A stretch of 64,000 nucleotides of DNA from Schaedlerella sp. (lineage in GTDB: Bacteria > Bacillota > Clostridia > Lachnospirales > Lachnospiraceae). Below the pieces are notes generated by a model. That model saw only the letters and a list, made by a program, of their open reading frames with translations. It did not search any database and had not been told where the DNA came from. Below, piece by piece: positions 1 to 11,950 of this stretch (position 1 is its first letter; each line of letters opens with the position of its first letter). Location of the stretch: NCBI GenBank assembly GCA_020024595.1, contig JAHHTO010000001.1:8348-72347 (forward strand), given 5' to 3'. The translations under genes were made by a program, and so were the position numbers.

Positions 1-2260
1 ATGATAAGCTCTGTATTTTCTTCCTTTAACATCTGCCAGCCTTTGAGCTGATACTTTGTACCTTTTGTAAGTCCATCTAATTTGACCGTATCAACGATTG
101 TAACCTCTTTTCCTGCAAGGATAGTCTTTTCGCCGTCCTTACTGGTCGCTGTGGTATGGATAGAAATTCCTTTTTCGTATTCATCAGTCAAAGTCCCTAA
201 ATCAATCACAAGATTATTTCTTGATACTACGATTTCAAATGGTGGGATAATTTCAAAGCCTTTGTTGCTGTCAGAGCGTAATTCTTCAATGATGTAGGTA
301 TCATAAGGTAATGCACCCTTGCTGTCGTCTGGTTCAGAAGTCCCAAACCATACACCGTCCTCGCTGGTCTTGCCTGCGTTGGTATTATGCTTATGTGAAG
401 CCCAGTTAGCAGAAGTGGAGAATTGCCCGTTATCATCAGTTACCACAACATGATTTTCGCCCGTCGTCTTGCTTGTGATCCTAAAGGGAACATCAGCAAG
501 ACGCTTGTGTGTACCTGCACCAATTTTCACGCCCTCAATATCTCCACGCTTAATCTGATTGTAGATAGAATGGGCTTTGTCGGTTAAGTCCACGATTTTT
601 CCGTTTTCTGTGATTGTAAAATCAATCGGCTTTGCACCGTCTGTCAAATATCCGTTTGGAGCTTCACTTTCAACGATACGGAATTTTCCATAAGGTAAGA
701 GGTCAGAAGAAGCAGAAGCGACGCCCTCAATATCTGTACGAATTGTCTTTACCACTTCATTTTTCTTGTATAGCTTGCCCTCAACCAAAACAGAATTGTC
801 ATTTAAGGAAATGATGTCAAAGGCAGTATCTTTCAAAGTGGCACTTCCTTGTGGTTTTGTATCGCCCGTTTCTAAATCTCGTTTCTGAATTTTGACACCC
901 CACGGATAACCTTGTCTGATACGGAAAACTGGTTACTTCCAGATAGTACGGCAAGGTCACCGCCCTCGGTAATCTGTGTTACATATAAGCCCTTAATCTG
1001 TTCGGACTTATCGCCAGCCTGCATATATGCACCGTCAAGTAAGTAGCCGTTTGGAGCTTTTGTTTCTTCAATAGTTAGTGTTCCTAAAGGAAGAACCGCT
1101 TTGCCGTCCTGCATATAGAAGCTGTCGCCAGATACCTTGTAAGCGTCCGCTAATTTTGTGATGCAGTGGGTTGTCCCGTCGCTGTCAGTTTCAGCGATTG
1201 TCTTTGTAACCCATGTTCTTGTAGCTTCGGCAGGGAGATTGTCTTTAGTATAGAAGCCTGCATAATACTTCCATGTAAATTCCGCACCTGCTAGAGAAGC
1301 GTTCCCTTGCGGATTGTCTTTCTGTGTTTCCATATCAATCTTGAAAAGCTCAATCAAAGTGTCTGTTACTTTTGGCGTATCAGATACGTTCAATGTCGCT
1401 GTCTTTCCAGCTTCAACCTTTAAGGAATATACAGTTTTATCCACTTTATATCCTGCTGGTGCGGATAATTCCTTGATATAGACTGTGCCTGCTTTTACCT
1501 CTACAATATCTGTATTTCCGTTTTCATCAGTCGTAAGGGTGGCAAGCTGTTTCGTGCAGTCCTTATCAGTAAAGACACCATAGGTTGCACCAGAGATTGA
1601 GTAATTTCCGTTACCGTCTGTAATACTGGCATTACTGGAAGTCTTTTGAAGTGTAGCATTTCCAACATTCAGTTTCGCCCAGAATTGTCCTAATTCCTGT
1701 CCCTCGCCAGAGTAGATATAACCGCCACATTCATAGCGTCCTTTATTTTCTTTGACAAAGGCTCTTGCACCAGAGAAAACTTCGTCCTGTGTAGCCTTTG
1801 GAATTTCATCATAAGAAGCTCGCACGTTATCACATTGCCAGCCAAGATGTACGCTCAATCTCTGCCAGACTACAAGCTGTCTTAAAAGGTAAGCGTGATT
1901 TTTGCTTATTCCGCTGTGGCTGTCTGTGTACTGTTTTACATATTCGATAGATAAGGCAACGTCGCTTATCTGGTCGGCACTCATACGGGTGCTTGCGTCA
2001 GCTCTTGTCTTGTAGCCGTTCCTAAAATCTGTGTTAATGTCGATACAGTAAGCGTCCTCGCCCTCAACGGTCAAATGCCCCTCATTAAAGGTAGAACCAA
2101 TCGAACCGTCATTCATTACTTTTTCAATGATACCGACACGCTCTGCACTTTCCGTCCAGTATTGCTTGCTTTCTGCATGAACGGGTGTAGTCGGTAAAGC
2201 AGTAACGACAGTTGCAAGAGCTAAGAAGCCCGTACACAATCGTTTTAACATCTTTTTCAT
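1..2260 (-). pseudogene. Surface adhesin (signal peptide, thioester-like domain, CnaB/SpaA-like repeats) with a 1-nt frameshift at ~898-901; 3' end outside the window
   Basis: ORF 872..2305 ends ...SDKVIRGVSKFRNEI*. A shifted frame from 899 continues without a stop to base 1 (GVKIQKRDLETGDTKPQGSATL...LPYGKFRIVESEAPNGY...). The junction is a G4 run on the minus strand. Motifs AYCIDIN and RQLVVW; repeats ELSAPAGY, ETKAPNGY. Confidence 0.8.
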
Positions 2261-2425
2261 AAATCTAATGCTCATTTCATTTTTGGTAAAAAAATAGACG
2301 CTCATTTCTGAACGTCTACATTATTGAAAGGCTTGTCCTCTCACACATATTCTATTTTAATAGGTACAACAGTTGCCTTTCGTCTTGTATTTTCGTTGTT
2401 TTCATCACTTGCGCTATCTACAACC
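1..2425 (-). mobile_element. End of a CTn1/CTn7-like (Tn916-related) integrative conjugative element; continues beyond the window start
   Basis: The terminal gene resembles the surface-protein gene found at the end of C. difficile CTn1/CTn7-type elements (MKKMLKRLCTGFLALATVVTALP...). Host amidase coding sequence stops abruptly at ~2423. The integrase and conjugation genes are outside the window. Confidence 0.7.
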
Positions 2426-2461
2426 GCCATGCCCTGCATCGAGCATAATAGAATATGCCAT
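2414..2461 (-). pseudogene. 5' fragment of an N-acetylmuramoyl-L-alanine amidase (Amidase_3) gene, truncated at the element junction
   Basis: RBS AAGGGAGA, then ATG GCA TAT TCT ATT ATG CTC GAT GCA GGG CAT GGC GGT | TGT AGA TAG = MAYSIMLDAGHGG|CR*. LDAGHGG is the N-terminal Zn-ligand motif of Amidase_3. Confidence 0.8.
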
Positions 2462-2491
2462 AAATATTCTCCCTTCATTTACTCCTATATC

Positions 2492-2518
2492 AGTATATGA
2501 AGGGAGAGTTGATGTGTG
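2492..2518 (-). promoter_or_regulatory. SigmaK (or sigmaE)-like sporulation promoter of the amidase fragment
   Basis: Minus strand reads cAC-N16-CATATACT, matching the AC-N16-CATAnnnT mother-cell consensus. The motif is short and has low information content. Confidence 0.5.
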
Positions 2519-2535
2519 AAAATTCCTGTTTTTGT

Positions 2536-3450
2536 TTAGAAGGTCAGTCCCAGAGACATCATATATTCTGTAAAATCTCCTATGCTCATATTGATGCCTT
2601 CTTCATACATTTCTTGAATTCCTTCTTTCATCTGCTGAACTCCCATTTGGACAGTCGCATCTGATGGGTTAATATATGCCATATCTGCATCTGTAAAACC
2701 GCCTATTTTCTGTATAATTGCCAAACAGCATTTTGCCTTCTCATCATCTGATGCTGCTTCCCAATCTTCTTTCAGCCAGTTCAAATAAACGTTCCCATAA
2801 TCTTTTCCTGATGCTATCGTCAATTCTTCTGGCAATTCAAACAGTTCGTTTCCCAATGCCTCCAAATCTTCTTCAGCCACTTCATACCGATAGTCTTCAT
2901 CATGAGTCAGATGAACAGGAAGTACTTTTGCTTCCCCGTAACTCTGATTAGCAACAGCTTCATCGAATGATTCCATCATAATTGTACTGATTTCTCCTGT
3001 ATCCTTTAGAGGTTCCTCTATAATCTTCTTCACCATTGACTGCATTGCATTTTCTACAAGATTAGAAGGATAAACTGCTACATTTACTGTATAATTATCA
3101 TCATCATCCTTTTCTGCATCCTGTACCTCATATTTTGCTGATGCCAGCATCTTTTTAGACAGTTCTTTCGCCTCATCTAGGTTAACTGCAGATCCTCCCA
3201 TCACTTTCAGTTCCTCTGCAAGTCCCATAGCAAATGAATCCAGAACTTTTTCATATTCCTTTGACACATCTTCTTTCTTTTCACCTGACAATTTAACATA
3301 CTCATCAAGTTCGCCCTTCAACTCTGCATCCATAATTGCCTTCACCGTTTTCACCGGATCAATCTTCGCTTTTCCTACACACCCTGTAAACATCAGAGCG
3401 AACAGAAACATTGTCAAACATATGGCAACTGCTTTCTTTGTCTTTTTCAT
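2536..3450 (-). CDS. Lipoprotein of unknown function (DUF5105-like N-terminal part)
   Basis: RBS GAAAGGAG before ATG 3450; signal peptide ending in lipobox MFTGC; sigmaA-like promoter TTGCTT-17-TATGAT upstream (3518-3546). Confidence 0.75.
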   Translation of the reverse strand: MKKTKKAVAICLTMFLFALMFTGCVGKAKIDPVKTVKAIMDAELKGELDEYVKLSGEKKEDVSKEYEKVLDSFAMGLAEELKVMGGSAVNLDEAKELSKKMLASAKYEVQDAEKDDDDNYTVNVAVYPSNLVENAMQSMVKKIIEEPLKDTGEISTIMMESFDEAVANQSYGEAKVLPVHLTHDEDYRYEVAEEDLEALGNELFELPEELTIASGKDYGNVYLNWLKEDWEAASDDEKAKCCLAIIQKIGGFTDADMAYINPSDATVQMGVQQMKEGIQEMYEEGINMSIGDFTEYMMSLGLTF

Positions 3451-3660
3451 CTTCTTTCTCCTTTCAGACTCCCTTTTCTGGAATCTATGCACAGTATAAC
3501 TGTGCTTGTTTTCTTTTATCATACCTTTTTTTACATAGAAAAGCAAGAAAAAGAGAGTCCGGGGAATGTGTCGTTTCCCAAAAGTCAGGCGAAAACTCTA
3601 ACAATTGGAAATTCAGATTGTTTAGTCCTGTACAATACAGACAAAGTCTCTCAGCAACAT

Positions 3661-3696
3661 AAAAATGCGTAACAGATTTTACATCTGTTACGCATT
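3661..3696 (-). terminator. Rho-independent terminator of tuf
   Basis: Stem AATGCGTAACAGAT/ATCTGTTACGCATT with a U-tract on the minus strand. Confidence 0.75.
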
Positions 3697-3784
3697 AAAA
3701 GTCTAACTTTTTAAGATCATCTCAGAAAACACTTTTCTGGACACTCTTATTATATTTTTGCATGACTCGCCGTCATTGCGAAAA

Positions 3785-4972
3785 TTACTCAATAATCTTA
3801 GCTACTGTACCAGAACCTACTGTACGTCCGCCTTCACGGATAGCAAAACGAAGTCCTTCTTCCATTGCTACTGGGTGAATCAATTCAACTGTCATCTCTA
3901 CGTTATCTCCAGGCATGCACATTTCAACACCAGCTGGCAAATCACAAACACCTGTTACGTCTGTTGTTCTGAAGTAGAACTGTGGGCGGTAGTTATTGAA
4001 GAATGGTGTATGACGTCCACCTTCATCTTTTGTCAGTACATATACCTGGCAAGTAAATTTCTTGTGGCATGTTACTGTGCCTGGTTTGATCAGAACCTGT
4101 CCTCTTTCGATTTCAGTTCTCTGAATACCACGAAGCAGAGCACCGATGTTATCTCCAGCCTGAGCCTCATCAAGGAGCTTACGGAACATCTCGATACCTG
4201 TTACAACTGTCTTCTTAACATCCTCGTGGATACCGATGATTTCTACTTCATCAGATACGTGAAGTGTACCACGCTCTACTCTACCTGTAGCAACTGTACC
4301 ACGTCCTGTGATAGAGAATACATCCTCTACAGGCATCAGGAACGGCTTATCTGTATCACGTTCTGGATCCGGAATATACTCATCAACTGTGTTCATGAGT
4401 TCCATGATCTTATCTCCCCACTCTCCCTGTGGATCTTCAAGAGCTTTCAAAGCAGAACCCTTGATGATCGGGCAATCTGTGAACTCATACTCTTCAAGAA
4501 CTTCTGTTACTTCCATTTCTACAAGTTCGATAAGTTCTTCGTCATCAACCATATCGCATTTGTTCAAGAATACAACGATATATGGAACGTTAACCTGACG
4601 GGACAGAAGGATATGCTCTTTTGTCTGAGCCATAACACCGTCTGTAGCAGCTACAACAAGGATAGCTCCATCCATCTGAGCAGCACCAGTGATCATGTTC
4701 TTAACGTAGTCAGCATGTCCTGGGCAGTCAACGTGTGCATAGTGACGTCTATCTGTTTCGTACTCAACGTGAGCTGTAGAGATTGTGATACCACGCTCTC
4801 TTTCTTCTGGAGCCTTATCAATATTTTCAAAATCTACTGCATCGTTACCTGCAACTCTCTCAGACAGAACTTTTGTAATAGCAGCTGTCAGAGTTGTTTT
4901 ACCGTGGTCAACGTGACCGATTGTACCAATATTACAATGTGGTTTGCTTCTTTCAAATTTAGCTTTAGCCAT
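3785..4972 (-). CDS. tuf: Elongation factor Tu
   Basis: [39 protein letters not shown]. Confidence 0.99.
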   Translation of the reverse strand: MAKAKFERSKPHCNIGTIGHVDHGKTTLTAAITKVLSERVAGNDAVDFENIDKAPEERERGITISTAHVEYETDRRHYAHVDCPGHADYVKNMITGAAQMDGAILVVAATDGVMAQTKEHILLSRQVNVPYIVVFLNKCDMVDDEELIELVEMEVTEVLEEYEFTDCPIIKGSALKALEDPQGEWGDKIMELMNTVDEYIPDPERDTDKPFLMPVEDVFSITGRGTVATGRVERGTLHVSDEVEIIGIHEDVKKTVVTGIEMFRKLLDEAQAGDNIGALLRGIQRTEIERGQVLIKPGTVTCHKKFTCQVYVLTKDEGGRHTPFFNNYRPQFYFRTTDVTGVCDLPAGVEMCMPGDNVEMTVELIHPVAMEEGLRFAIREGGRTVGSGTVAKIIE

Positions 4973-5102
4973 TTTGAATATCCTCCTTAATAATAGCACC
5001 TGTTGTTCAGGTTTTTTATTTTTGTTTCGCTTTTGCTCGGCTAACTCTGATTATATTTCAAAGTCAACCGATTTTCAAGCGTTTTTACAACATTTATTTA
5101 TT

Positions 5103-7220
5103 TTAGTCGTTTTTAGCAGACAATACCTTTTCCTGTACAGACTTCGGAACCGGCTCATATTTCTCAAAGAACATTGAGTAGTTACCACGTCCCTGTGTTC
5201 TGGAACGAAGGTCTGTAGAGTATCCAAACATTTCAGAAAGTGGTACGTACGCACGTACGATTTTTCCTCCACCAAGGTCATCCATACCTTCGATACGACC
5301 ACGACGAGAGTTGATATCACCGATAACATCTCCCATATACTCTTCCGGCATTGTCACTTCAACCTTCATGATAGGCTCAAGAAGTACTGGTGCAGCCTGT
5401 TTCATAGCATCCTTGAACGCCATAGAACCTGCGATGTGGAATGCCATTTCACTTGAATCGACTTCGTGGTAAGAACCATCATATACATTTGCTTTGATAC
5501 CAACTACCGGGAATCCTCCAAGGATACCGGACTTCATAGCTTCTTCAATACCTTCTCCTACTTTCGGGATGTATTCCTTAGGAATCGCTCCACCTACTAC
5601 TGTAGATTCGAAGAAGAATGTCTGCTCGCCGTTAACATCTGTAGGTTCAAACTTAACCTTACAATGTCCATACTGTCCACGTCCACCAGACTGTTTTGCA
5701 TACTTGCTGTCAACGTCAACTGCTTTTGTAAAGGATTCTTTGTAAGCAACCTGAGGTGCACCTACATTTGCCTCTACCTTGAACTCACGCAGAAGTCTGT
5801 CTACGATGATCTCAAGATGAAGTTCTCCCATACCAGCGATGATTGTCTGACCAGTCTCCTGATCTGTATGCGCACGGAATGTCGGATCTTCTTCTGCAAG
5901 TTTTGCAAGAGACTCACCAAGTTTTCCCTGGGAAGCCTTTGTCTTCGGCTCAATTGCAAGCTCGATAACCGGCTCTGGGAATTCCATTGACTCAAGGATT
6001 ACCGGATGCTGCTCATCACAGATTGTATCACCTGTTGTTGTAAACTTAAATCCAATTGCTGCAGCAATATCTCCGGAATAAACTTTATCAAGTTCCTGTC
6101 TCTTATTTGCATGCATCTGAAGGATACGACCTACACGCTCTTTCTTTCCCTTTGTAGCATTCAGTACATAAGAACCAGAGTTCATTGTTCCTGAATATAC
6201 ACGGAAGTAAGCAAGCTTACCTACGAATGGGTCTGTCATGATCTTAAATGCAAGTGCTGAGAATGGCTCTTCATCAGAAGACTTTCTCACTACTTCGTTA
6301 CCGTCCATGTCAACACCCTGGATAGCCGGTACGTCAACCGGTGACGGCATAAATTCGATTACTGCGTCCAGAAGCTTCTGTACACCCTTGTTTTTGTATG
6401 CAGTTCCGCAGCATACTGGAACTGCTGTACATTCACAAGTTGCTTTTCTGAGAACTGCTTTTAATTCTTCTATAGACGGCTCCTCACCTTCCAGATAAGC
6501 CATCATCAGATCATCATCCAGTTCACAAATCTTTTCTACTAGCTCTGTATGATATAACTCAGCTTCATCCTGCAACTCTTCCGGAATATCAATGATAGAA
6601 ATATCATCACCTTTGTCATCGTTGTAGATATAAGCTTTCATTTCAAACAGGTCAATAATACCCTTGAAATCGTCTTCTTTACCGATTGGGAGTTGAATAC
6701 AGATTGCATTCTTTCCTAATCTTGTCTTAATCTGTTCTACTGCACCGTAGAAGTTTGCACCCAGAATGTCCATCTTATTGATGAATGCCATTCTTGGTAC
6801 GTTGTATGTGTCAGCCTGACGCCATACATTTTCTGACTGAGGCTCTACTCCACCTTTGGCACAAAATACACCAACTGCACCATCAAGTACACGAAGTGAA
6901 CGCTCTACTTCAACTGTAAAGTCAACGTGTCCCGGTGTATCAATGATGTTGATACGGTGCTCCAATGCACCAGCTTTCGGCTTGCAGTTTTCCTGCAGTG
7001 TCCAGTGACATGTTGTAGCTGCTGAAGTAATCGTGATACCTCTTTCCTGCTCCTGGGCCATCCAGTCCATTGTCGCAGTACCTTCATGAGTATCACCAAT
7101 CTTATGGTTAATACCGGTGTAGTAAAGAATACGCTCTGTTGTTGTAGTCTTACCAGCATCAATATGAGCCATAATACCAATATTTCTGGTTCTCTCTAAT
7201 GGATAATCTCTTCCAGCCAT
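5103..7220 (-). CDS. fusA: Elongation factor G
   Basis: [23 protein letters not shown]; position in the str operon. Confidence 0.99.
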   Translation of the reverse strand: MAGRDYPLERTRNIGIMAHIDAGKTTTTERILYYTGINHKIGDTHEGTATMDWMAQEQERGITITSAATTCHWTLQENCKPKAGALEHRINIIDTPGHVDFTVEVERSLRVLDGAVGVFCAKGGVEPQSENVWRQADTYNVPRMAFINKMDILGANFYGAVEQIKTRLGKNAICIQLPIGKEDDFKGIIDLFEMKAYIYNDDKGDDISIIDIPEELQDEAELYHTELVEKICELDDDLMMAYLEGEEPSIEELKAVLRKATCECTAVPVCCGTAYKNKGVQKLLDAVIEFMPSPVDVPAIQGVDMDGNEVVRKSSDEEPFSALAFKIMTDPFVGKLAYFRVYSGTMNSGSYVLNATKGKKERVGRILQMHANKRQELDKVYSGDIAAAIGFKFTTTGDTICDEQHPVILESMEFPEPVIELAIEPKTKASQGKLGESLAKLAEEDPTFRAHTDQETGQTIIAGMGELHLEIIVDRLLREFKVEANVGAPQVAYKESFTKAVDVDSKYAKQSGGRGQYGHCKVKFEPTDVNGEQTFFFESTVVGGAIPKEYIPKVGEGIEEAMKSGILGGFPVVGIKANVYDGSYHEVDSSEMAFHIAGSMAFKDAMKQAAPVLLEPIMKVEVTMPEEYMGDVIGDINSRRGRIEGMDDLGGGKIVRAYVPLSEMFGYSTDLRSRTQGRGNYSMFFEKYEPVPKSVQEKVLSAKND

Positions 7221-7232
7221 TGTTGCCTCCTG

Positions 7233-7775
<543 letters not shown>

Positions 7776-7939
7776 CTATGGAAATCGCGATTCATGTGTT
7801 GTGGCCGCGGGACTTCTATTAAAATCCGCAACCTCTATCCGGCAACCTGCTTCTCCTGCCGGATACGATTAATCATAGTTCTGTTTGTGATACGATTTAA
7901 CATATTAGTTACTATTGTTGCTTTGAAAACTACCGATTC

Positions 7940-8359
7940 TTATTTAGCGTCTTTCGGTTTCTTAGCGCCGTACTTAGAACGAGCCTGTCTTCTCTTAGCA
8001 ACACCTGCTGTATCCAATGTACCACGGATAATGTGGTATCTTGTACCTGGCAGGTCCTTAACTCTTCCTCCACGGATCATAACAACGCTATGCTCCTGAA
8101 GGTTGTGTCCTTCACCTGGAATGTAGCTTGTTACTTCGATTCCGTTAGACAGACGAACTCTGGCGATCTTTCTCAGAGCTGAGTTAGGCTTCTTCGGTGT
8201 AGCTGTCTTAACTGCTGTACAAACACCTCTCTTCTGTGGTGCAGATACATCAGTAGCACGTTTCTTCAGTGAGTTATAACCTTTCTGAAGTGCCGGTGCT
8301 GTAGATTTCTTTTCAGAAGTCTGACGTCCTTTTCTAACTAACTGGTTAAATGTTGGCAT
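7940..8359 (-). CDS. rpsL: 30S ribosomal protein S12
   Basis: [30 protein letters not shown]. Confidence 0.99.
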   Translation of the reverse strand: MPTFNQLVRKGRQTSEKKSTAPALQKGYNSLKKRATDVSAPQKRGVCTAVKTATPKKPNSALRKIARVRLSNGIEVTSYIPGEGHNLQEHSVVMIRGGRVKDLPGTRYHIIRGTLDTAGVAKRRQARSKYGAKKPKDAK

Positions 8360-8649
8360 TCTTTTCACCTCCTATGATATTCGTTACCTTCGCCGTGTCG
8401 GCTGAAGGGGTTGCAGATAATATTGTTACTATCTTGGCGCACAAAAATACAATGCATTTCCATGCACGCTAGATTAGTTTATTACGTTTTATTTGGAAAG
8501 TCAAGGGATTTTCTCAGATTTTACATGGTTTTTCTGACATTTTTCTTCTTTATACGCCATCAAAAATAACAGGGAGAGCCGGATCAAGTATGGAATCCCC
8601 TGCTCTCCCTGTAAAATCATCGAAACTCTTCGCGATCTCTACTTTGTTA

Positions 8650-10092
8650 TTAATATGCTTTTCCCCAATATACCATATGTTTCGCCGCTTTTCCACAGCA
8701 TACGCATACATCAGAAATATGCTCCTGCTCCTCCGAAATACATCTGGAGGTCACGCCGCCTGTCAACTCTTTGATTGCTTCTTCACAAGCTTCATCTCCA
8801 CACCACATTGCTTTGATAAAACCACTCTTATTTTCTGCTGTTTCTTTCATCTCATCCAGATTCGTTGCTGTATGAATATGAGTATCCAAAAATGCCTTTG
8901 CTTTTGCAAATAAATCTTTCTGTACAGTTTCCAGAATTTCAGAAAGCTGCGTTGTCGCTTCTTCCATCGGAACGATGATCTTTTCTCGTGTATCACGGCG
9001 AACTATAACAATCTGTCCATTCTCAATATCTTTCGGACCAATCTCGATTCGAGTCGGAATTCCAAGCATCTCCTGCTCACTGAACTTCCATCCCGGACTC
9101 TTCTCAGAATCATCAATCGATACACGGTATCCTGCTGCTTTCAAGGTTTCGACCAATTCATTTGCCTTATCCAACACACCCTCCTTGTGCTGGGCGATTG
9201 GAATCACACGTACCTGAACCGGTGCGATATGTGGTGGCAAGACCAGGCCGCTGTCATCTCCGTGCACCATAATGATAGCCCCAATAATTCTGGTAGACAA
9301 CCCCCATGAAGTCTCATATACACTATGGAGCTTATTTTCTTTATCCGAATAACTGATACCATATGCATCCGCAAAACCGTTTCCAAAGAAATGGCTTGTT
9401 CCAGACTGCAGTGCTTTCCCATCATGCATCAACGCCTCAATCGTATAGGTATCCTGAGCTCCTGCAAATTTTTCACTCGGAGTCTTCTTTCCTGTTACAA
9501 GTGGAATTGCCAAATCCTGTTCTACAAAGTCTTTGTATACATCACGCATCTGCAATGTCCGCTCTTCTGCTTCCTCATACGTTGCATGGATCGTATGTCC
9601 TTCCTGCCACAAAAACTCTCTGGAACGCAAAAATGGTCTTGTCGTCTTCTCCCATCTTAATACAGAACACCATTGATTCCATACCTTTGGCAAATCTCGA
9701 TAAGACTGTACGGTCTTGCTCCATACGTCACAGAACAACGTCTCAGAAGTCGGACGGATACAGAATTTCTCCTGCAGCGGCTCTGCTCCTCCCTGTGTCA
9801 CCCATGCCACTTCCGGTGCGAAGCCCTCGATATGATCTTTTTCTTTCTGGAGCAATGCTTCCGGAATCAACACCGGAAGGTACACATTCTCCACTCCCGT
9901 TTCCTTAAAACGCTTATCCAGATTGGCTTGGATATTTTCCCAAATCGCATATCCATTCGGCAGATAATTCAAGCATCCTTTTACACCTGAATAATCACAA
10001 AGCTTCGCCTCACGTACAACATCCGTGTACCACTGTGCAAAGTCTACATCGCGTGCAGTAATTGATTCTACTAATTTTTTCTCTTTAGCCAT
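8650..10092 (-). CDS. proS: Proline--tRNA ligase (archaeal/eukaryotic-like short type)
   Basis: [31 protein letters not shown]-terminal GKAY; upstream T-box. Confidence 0.97.
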   Translation of the reverse strand: MAKEKKLVESITARDVDFAQWYTDVVREAKLCDYSGVKGCLNYLPNGYAIWENIQANLDKRFKETGVENVYLPVLIPEALLQKEKDHIEGFAPEVAWVTQGGAEPLQEKFCIRPTSETLFCDVWSKTVQSYRDLPKVWNQWCSVLRWEKTTRPFLRSREFLWQEGHTIHATYEEAEERTLQMRDVYKDFVEQDLAIPLVTGKKTPSEKFAGAQDTYTIEALMHDGKALQSGTSHFFGNGFADAYGISYSDKENKLHSVYETSWGLSTRIIGAIIMVHGDDSGLVLPPHIAPVQVRVIPIAQHKEGVLDKANELVETLKAAGYRVSIDDSEKSPGWKFSEQEMLGIPTRIEIGPKDIENGQIVIVRRDTREKIIVPMEEATTQLSEILETVQKDLFAKAKAFLDTHIHTATNLDEMKETAENKSGFIKAMWCGDEACEEAIKELTGGVTSRCISEEQEHISDVCVCCGKAAKHMVYWGKAY

Positions 10093-10179
10093 AATTCTTA
10101 TCCTTTCTATGAAATGAAATAATCTTCAGGAGCCATCTATTTCATCAATTTTTATTTTGCAACAAATGATCATCGAAAA

Positions 10180-10412
10180 CAAAAACCACCAGATTCCACT
10201 CCCTCATACAAGGGACCGGAAACCGGCGGTACCACCCTAATTAACCATATCTGTCTGATATCATTCTCTTCATTTACCGTTAACGCCGATCTTACGCCGC
10301 ATCTTCATACGGAAGCTCCCAGCCCGGTTCTATATGTACGCCGCAGGAGACTTTCACCATCCGCTCCTTCTCTGTGCCGGTCTTCATATATACTAACTCT
10401 GTTCATCGCTTC
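10180..10412 (-). ncRNA. T-box riboswitch (Pro) leader of proS
   Basis: T-box AATTAGGGTGGTACCGC (10226-10242); stem I with AGAGA and GGTGAAA motifs; probable specifier GAA-CCG (Pro); terminator with U-tract follows. Confidence 0.9.
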
Positions 10413-10597
10413 ATTTCTCATTTATTTTTCTTATATGCTCTTTGAAATTCTACCCGAAAATCTTGTAAAAGTCAATGCAGCATTTTATAAATCTCTATCT
10501 CCTTTTATTGACAACTTGCCACTGGTCTTTTTAAATTGAATCTGCTATAATCTTTACGAAATTACAATGCTTCACTTTACAGGAGGACAAAATTATT

Positions 10598-10966
10598 ATG
10601 AATTTTACATTTGCACACAACAATCTAAATGTATATGATCTGGAAAAATCTTTGGAGTTCTACCGAAAAGCTCTAGGTCTGACCGTCTCCAGAACCAAAG
10701 AAGCGGAAGATGGCAGTTTTAAACTTGTTTATTTAAGTGATGAAACAACCTCCCATCTGCTGGAACTCACCTGGCTTCGTGACATGAACCGGCCTTACGA
10801 ACTTGGGGATAACGAAATTCATCTGGCATTTACCGTCGACGATTACGAATCTGCCCTTGCAAAACATAAAGAAATGAACTGTGTGTGCTTTGAAAATCCA
10901 TCGATGGGAATTTATTTTATTGAAGACCCGGATGGATACTGGCTAGAAATTGTACCTGCCAAATAA
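10598..10966 (+). CDS. gloA: Lactoylglutathione lyase (glyoxalase I, VOC family)
   Basis: HNNLNVYDLEKSLEFY, LELTW, HLAF, FIEDPDGYWLEI. Confidence 0.85.
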   Translation: MNFTFAHNNLNVYDLEKSLEFYRKALGLTVSRTKEAEDGSFKLVYLSDETTSHLLELTWLRDMNRPYELGDNEIHLAFTVDDYESALAKHKEMNCVCFENPSMGIYFIEDPDGYWLEIVPAK

Positions 10967-10999
10967 ATTTTAACAAAGCATTTCACGGAGGCTTGGTCT

Positions 11000-11842
11000 A
11001 TGAAAGAAAAACTAAAACATTTCACACTGCTTACTGCCAGCACTTTAATCATGGCAGTAGGCATTTACTTTTTCAAGTTTTCGAACAACTTCACATTCGG
11101 CGGCATTACCGGTCTGGCCGTTCTGATTGCAAAAACCGGCGTCATGTCCGCCAGTGATTTTACCTTTATCACAAATATGCTCCTACTTCTCCTTGGATTC
11201 ATAATACTGGGAACAAAATTTGCGACAAAAACTGCTTACTGTAGTATTTTACTGTCCATCACACTTTCTGCGCTGGAACGTATCTATCCGATGTCCCACC
11301 CGTTAACTGACCAGCCGATGCTGGAGCTTTGTTTTGCAATTGCCTTACCTGCGCTTGGCTCTGCGATTTTATTTAATATTGGTTCTTCCAGTGGCGGCAC
11401 AGACATCATCGCCATGATTTTAAAAAAATATTCATGCTTTGATATCGGACGTGCACTTCTGGTAACCGATATCGTAATTACAATTGCCGGTTGCTTTGTA
11501 TTTGATATCGAAACCGGACTGTATTCCTTCCTCGGTCTTGCAATCCGCTCTTTCATGATTGATACATTTATTGAGAGTTTTAACCTTTCAAAATATTTCA
11601 ACGTAGTTTGCGATCATCCAGAACCTATTTGTGATTTTCTCACGCATGAATTGCATCGAAGCGCTACCGTCTGTCAGGCACAGGGTGCTTTTTCCGGAAA
11701 GGATAAATACATTATCTTCACAGCGTTAAACCGTCCGCAGGCAGTGAAACTGAGAAACTACATTAAAGAAAACGAACCTGCTGCCTTTATTCTAATTTCT
11801 AATACAAGTGAAATTATCGGAAAAGGATTTCATAGTATCTGA
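11000..11842 (+). CDS. YitT family membrane protein
   Basis: GGITGLA and SSGGTDIIA motifs, hydrophobic N-terminus, C-terminal DUF2179-like domain ending IIGKGF. Confidence 0.9.
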   Translation: MKEKLKHFTLLTASTLIMAVGIYFFKFSNNFTFGGITGLAVLIAKTGVMSASDFTFITNMLLLLLGFIILGTKFATKTAYCSILLSITLSALERIYPMSHPLTDQPMLELCFAIALPALGSAILFNIGSSSGGTDIIAMILKKYSCFDIGRALLVTDIVITIAGCFVFDIETGLYSFLGLAIRSFMIDTFIESFNLSKYFNVVCDHPEPICDFLTHELHRSATVCQAQGAFSGKDKYIIFTALNRPQAVKLRNYIKENEPAAFILISNTSEIIGKGFHSI

Positions 11843-11861
11843 CATTTTCCCCCGTAACAAG

Positions 11862-11906
11862 AAAAGTTCTCCCAGTACAGCAATCCGCTGCTGGGAGAAC
11901 TTTTTT
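11862..11906. terminator. Bidirectional terminator between convergent genes
   Basis: AAAAGTTCTCCCAG...CTGGGAGAACTTTTTT. Confidence 0.75.
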
Positions 11907-11950
11907 ATTCTTATAAATAAACCTTTTGCAGGAATCTACGTTCGTCTTTC

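Noticed and set aside
82..814. Short ORFs 82..297, 227..436 and 632..814
   Set aside because: They overlap the open minus-strand continuation of the adhesin, which explains the region.
3545..3660. Possible structured RNA (e.g. c-di-GMP riboswitch) upstream of the lipoprotein
   Set aside because: No riboswitch consensus found, and it lies upstream of the predicted promoter.
3758..4990. 410-aa plus-strand ORF, and many similar antisense ORFs over fusA, rpoB/rpoC, rplA, lysS and metK
   Set aside because: Shadow frames opposite highly expressed genes with biased codons; no RBS or recognisable motifs.
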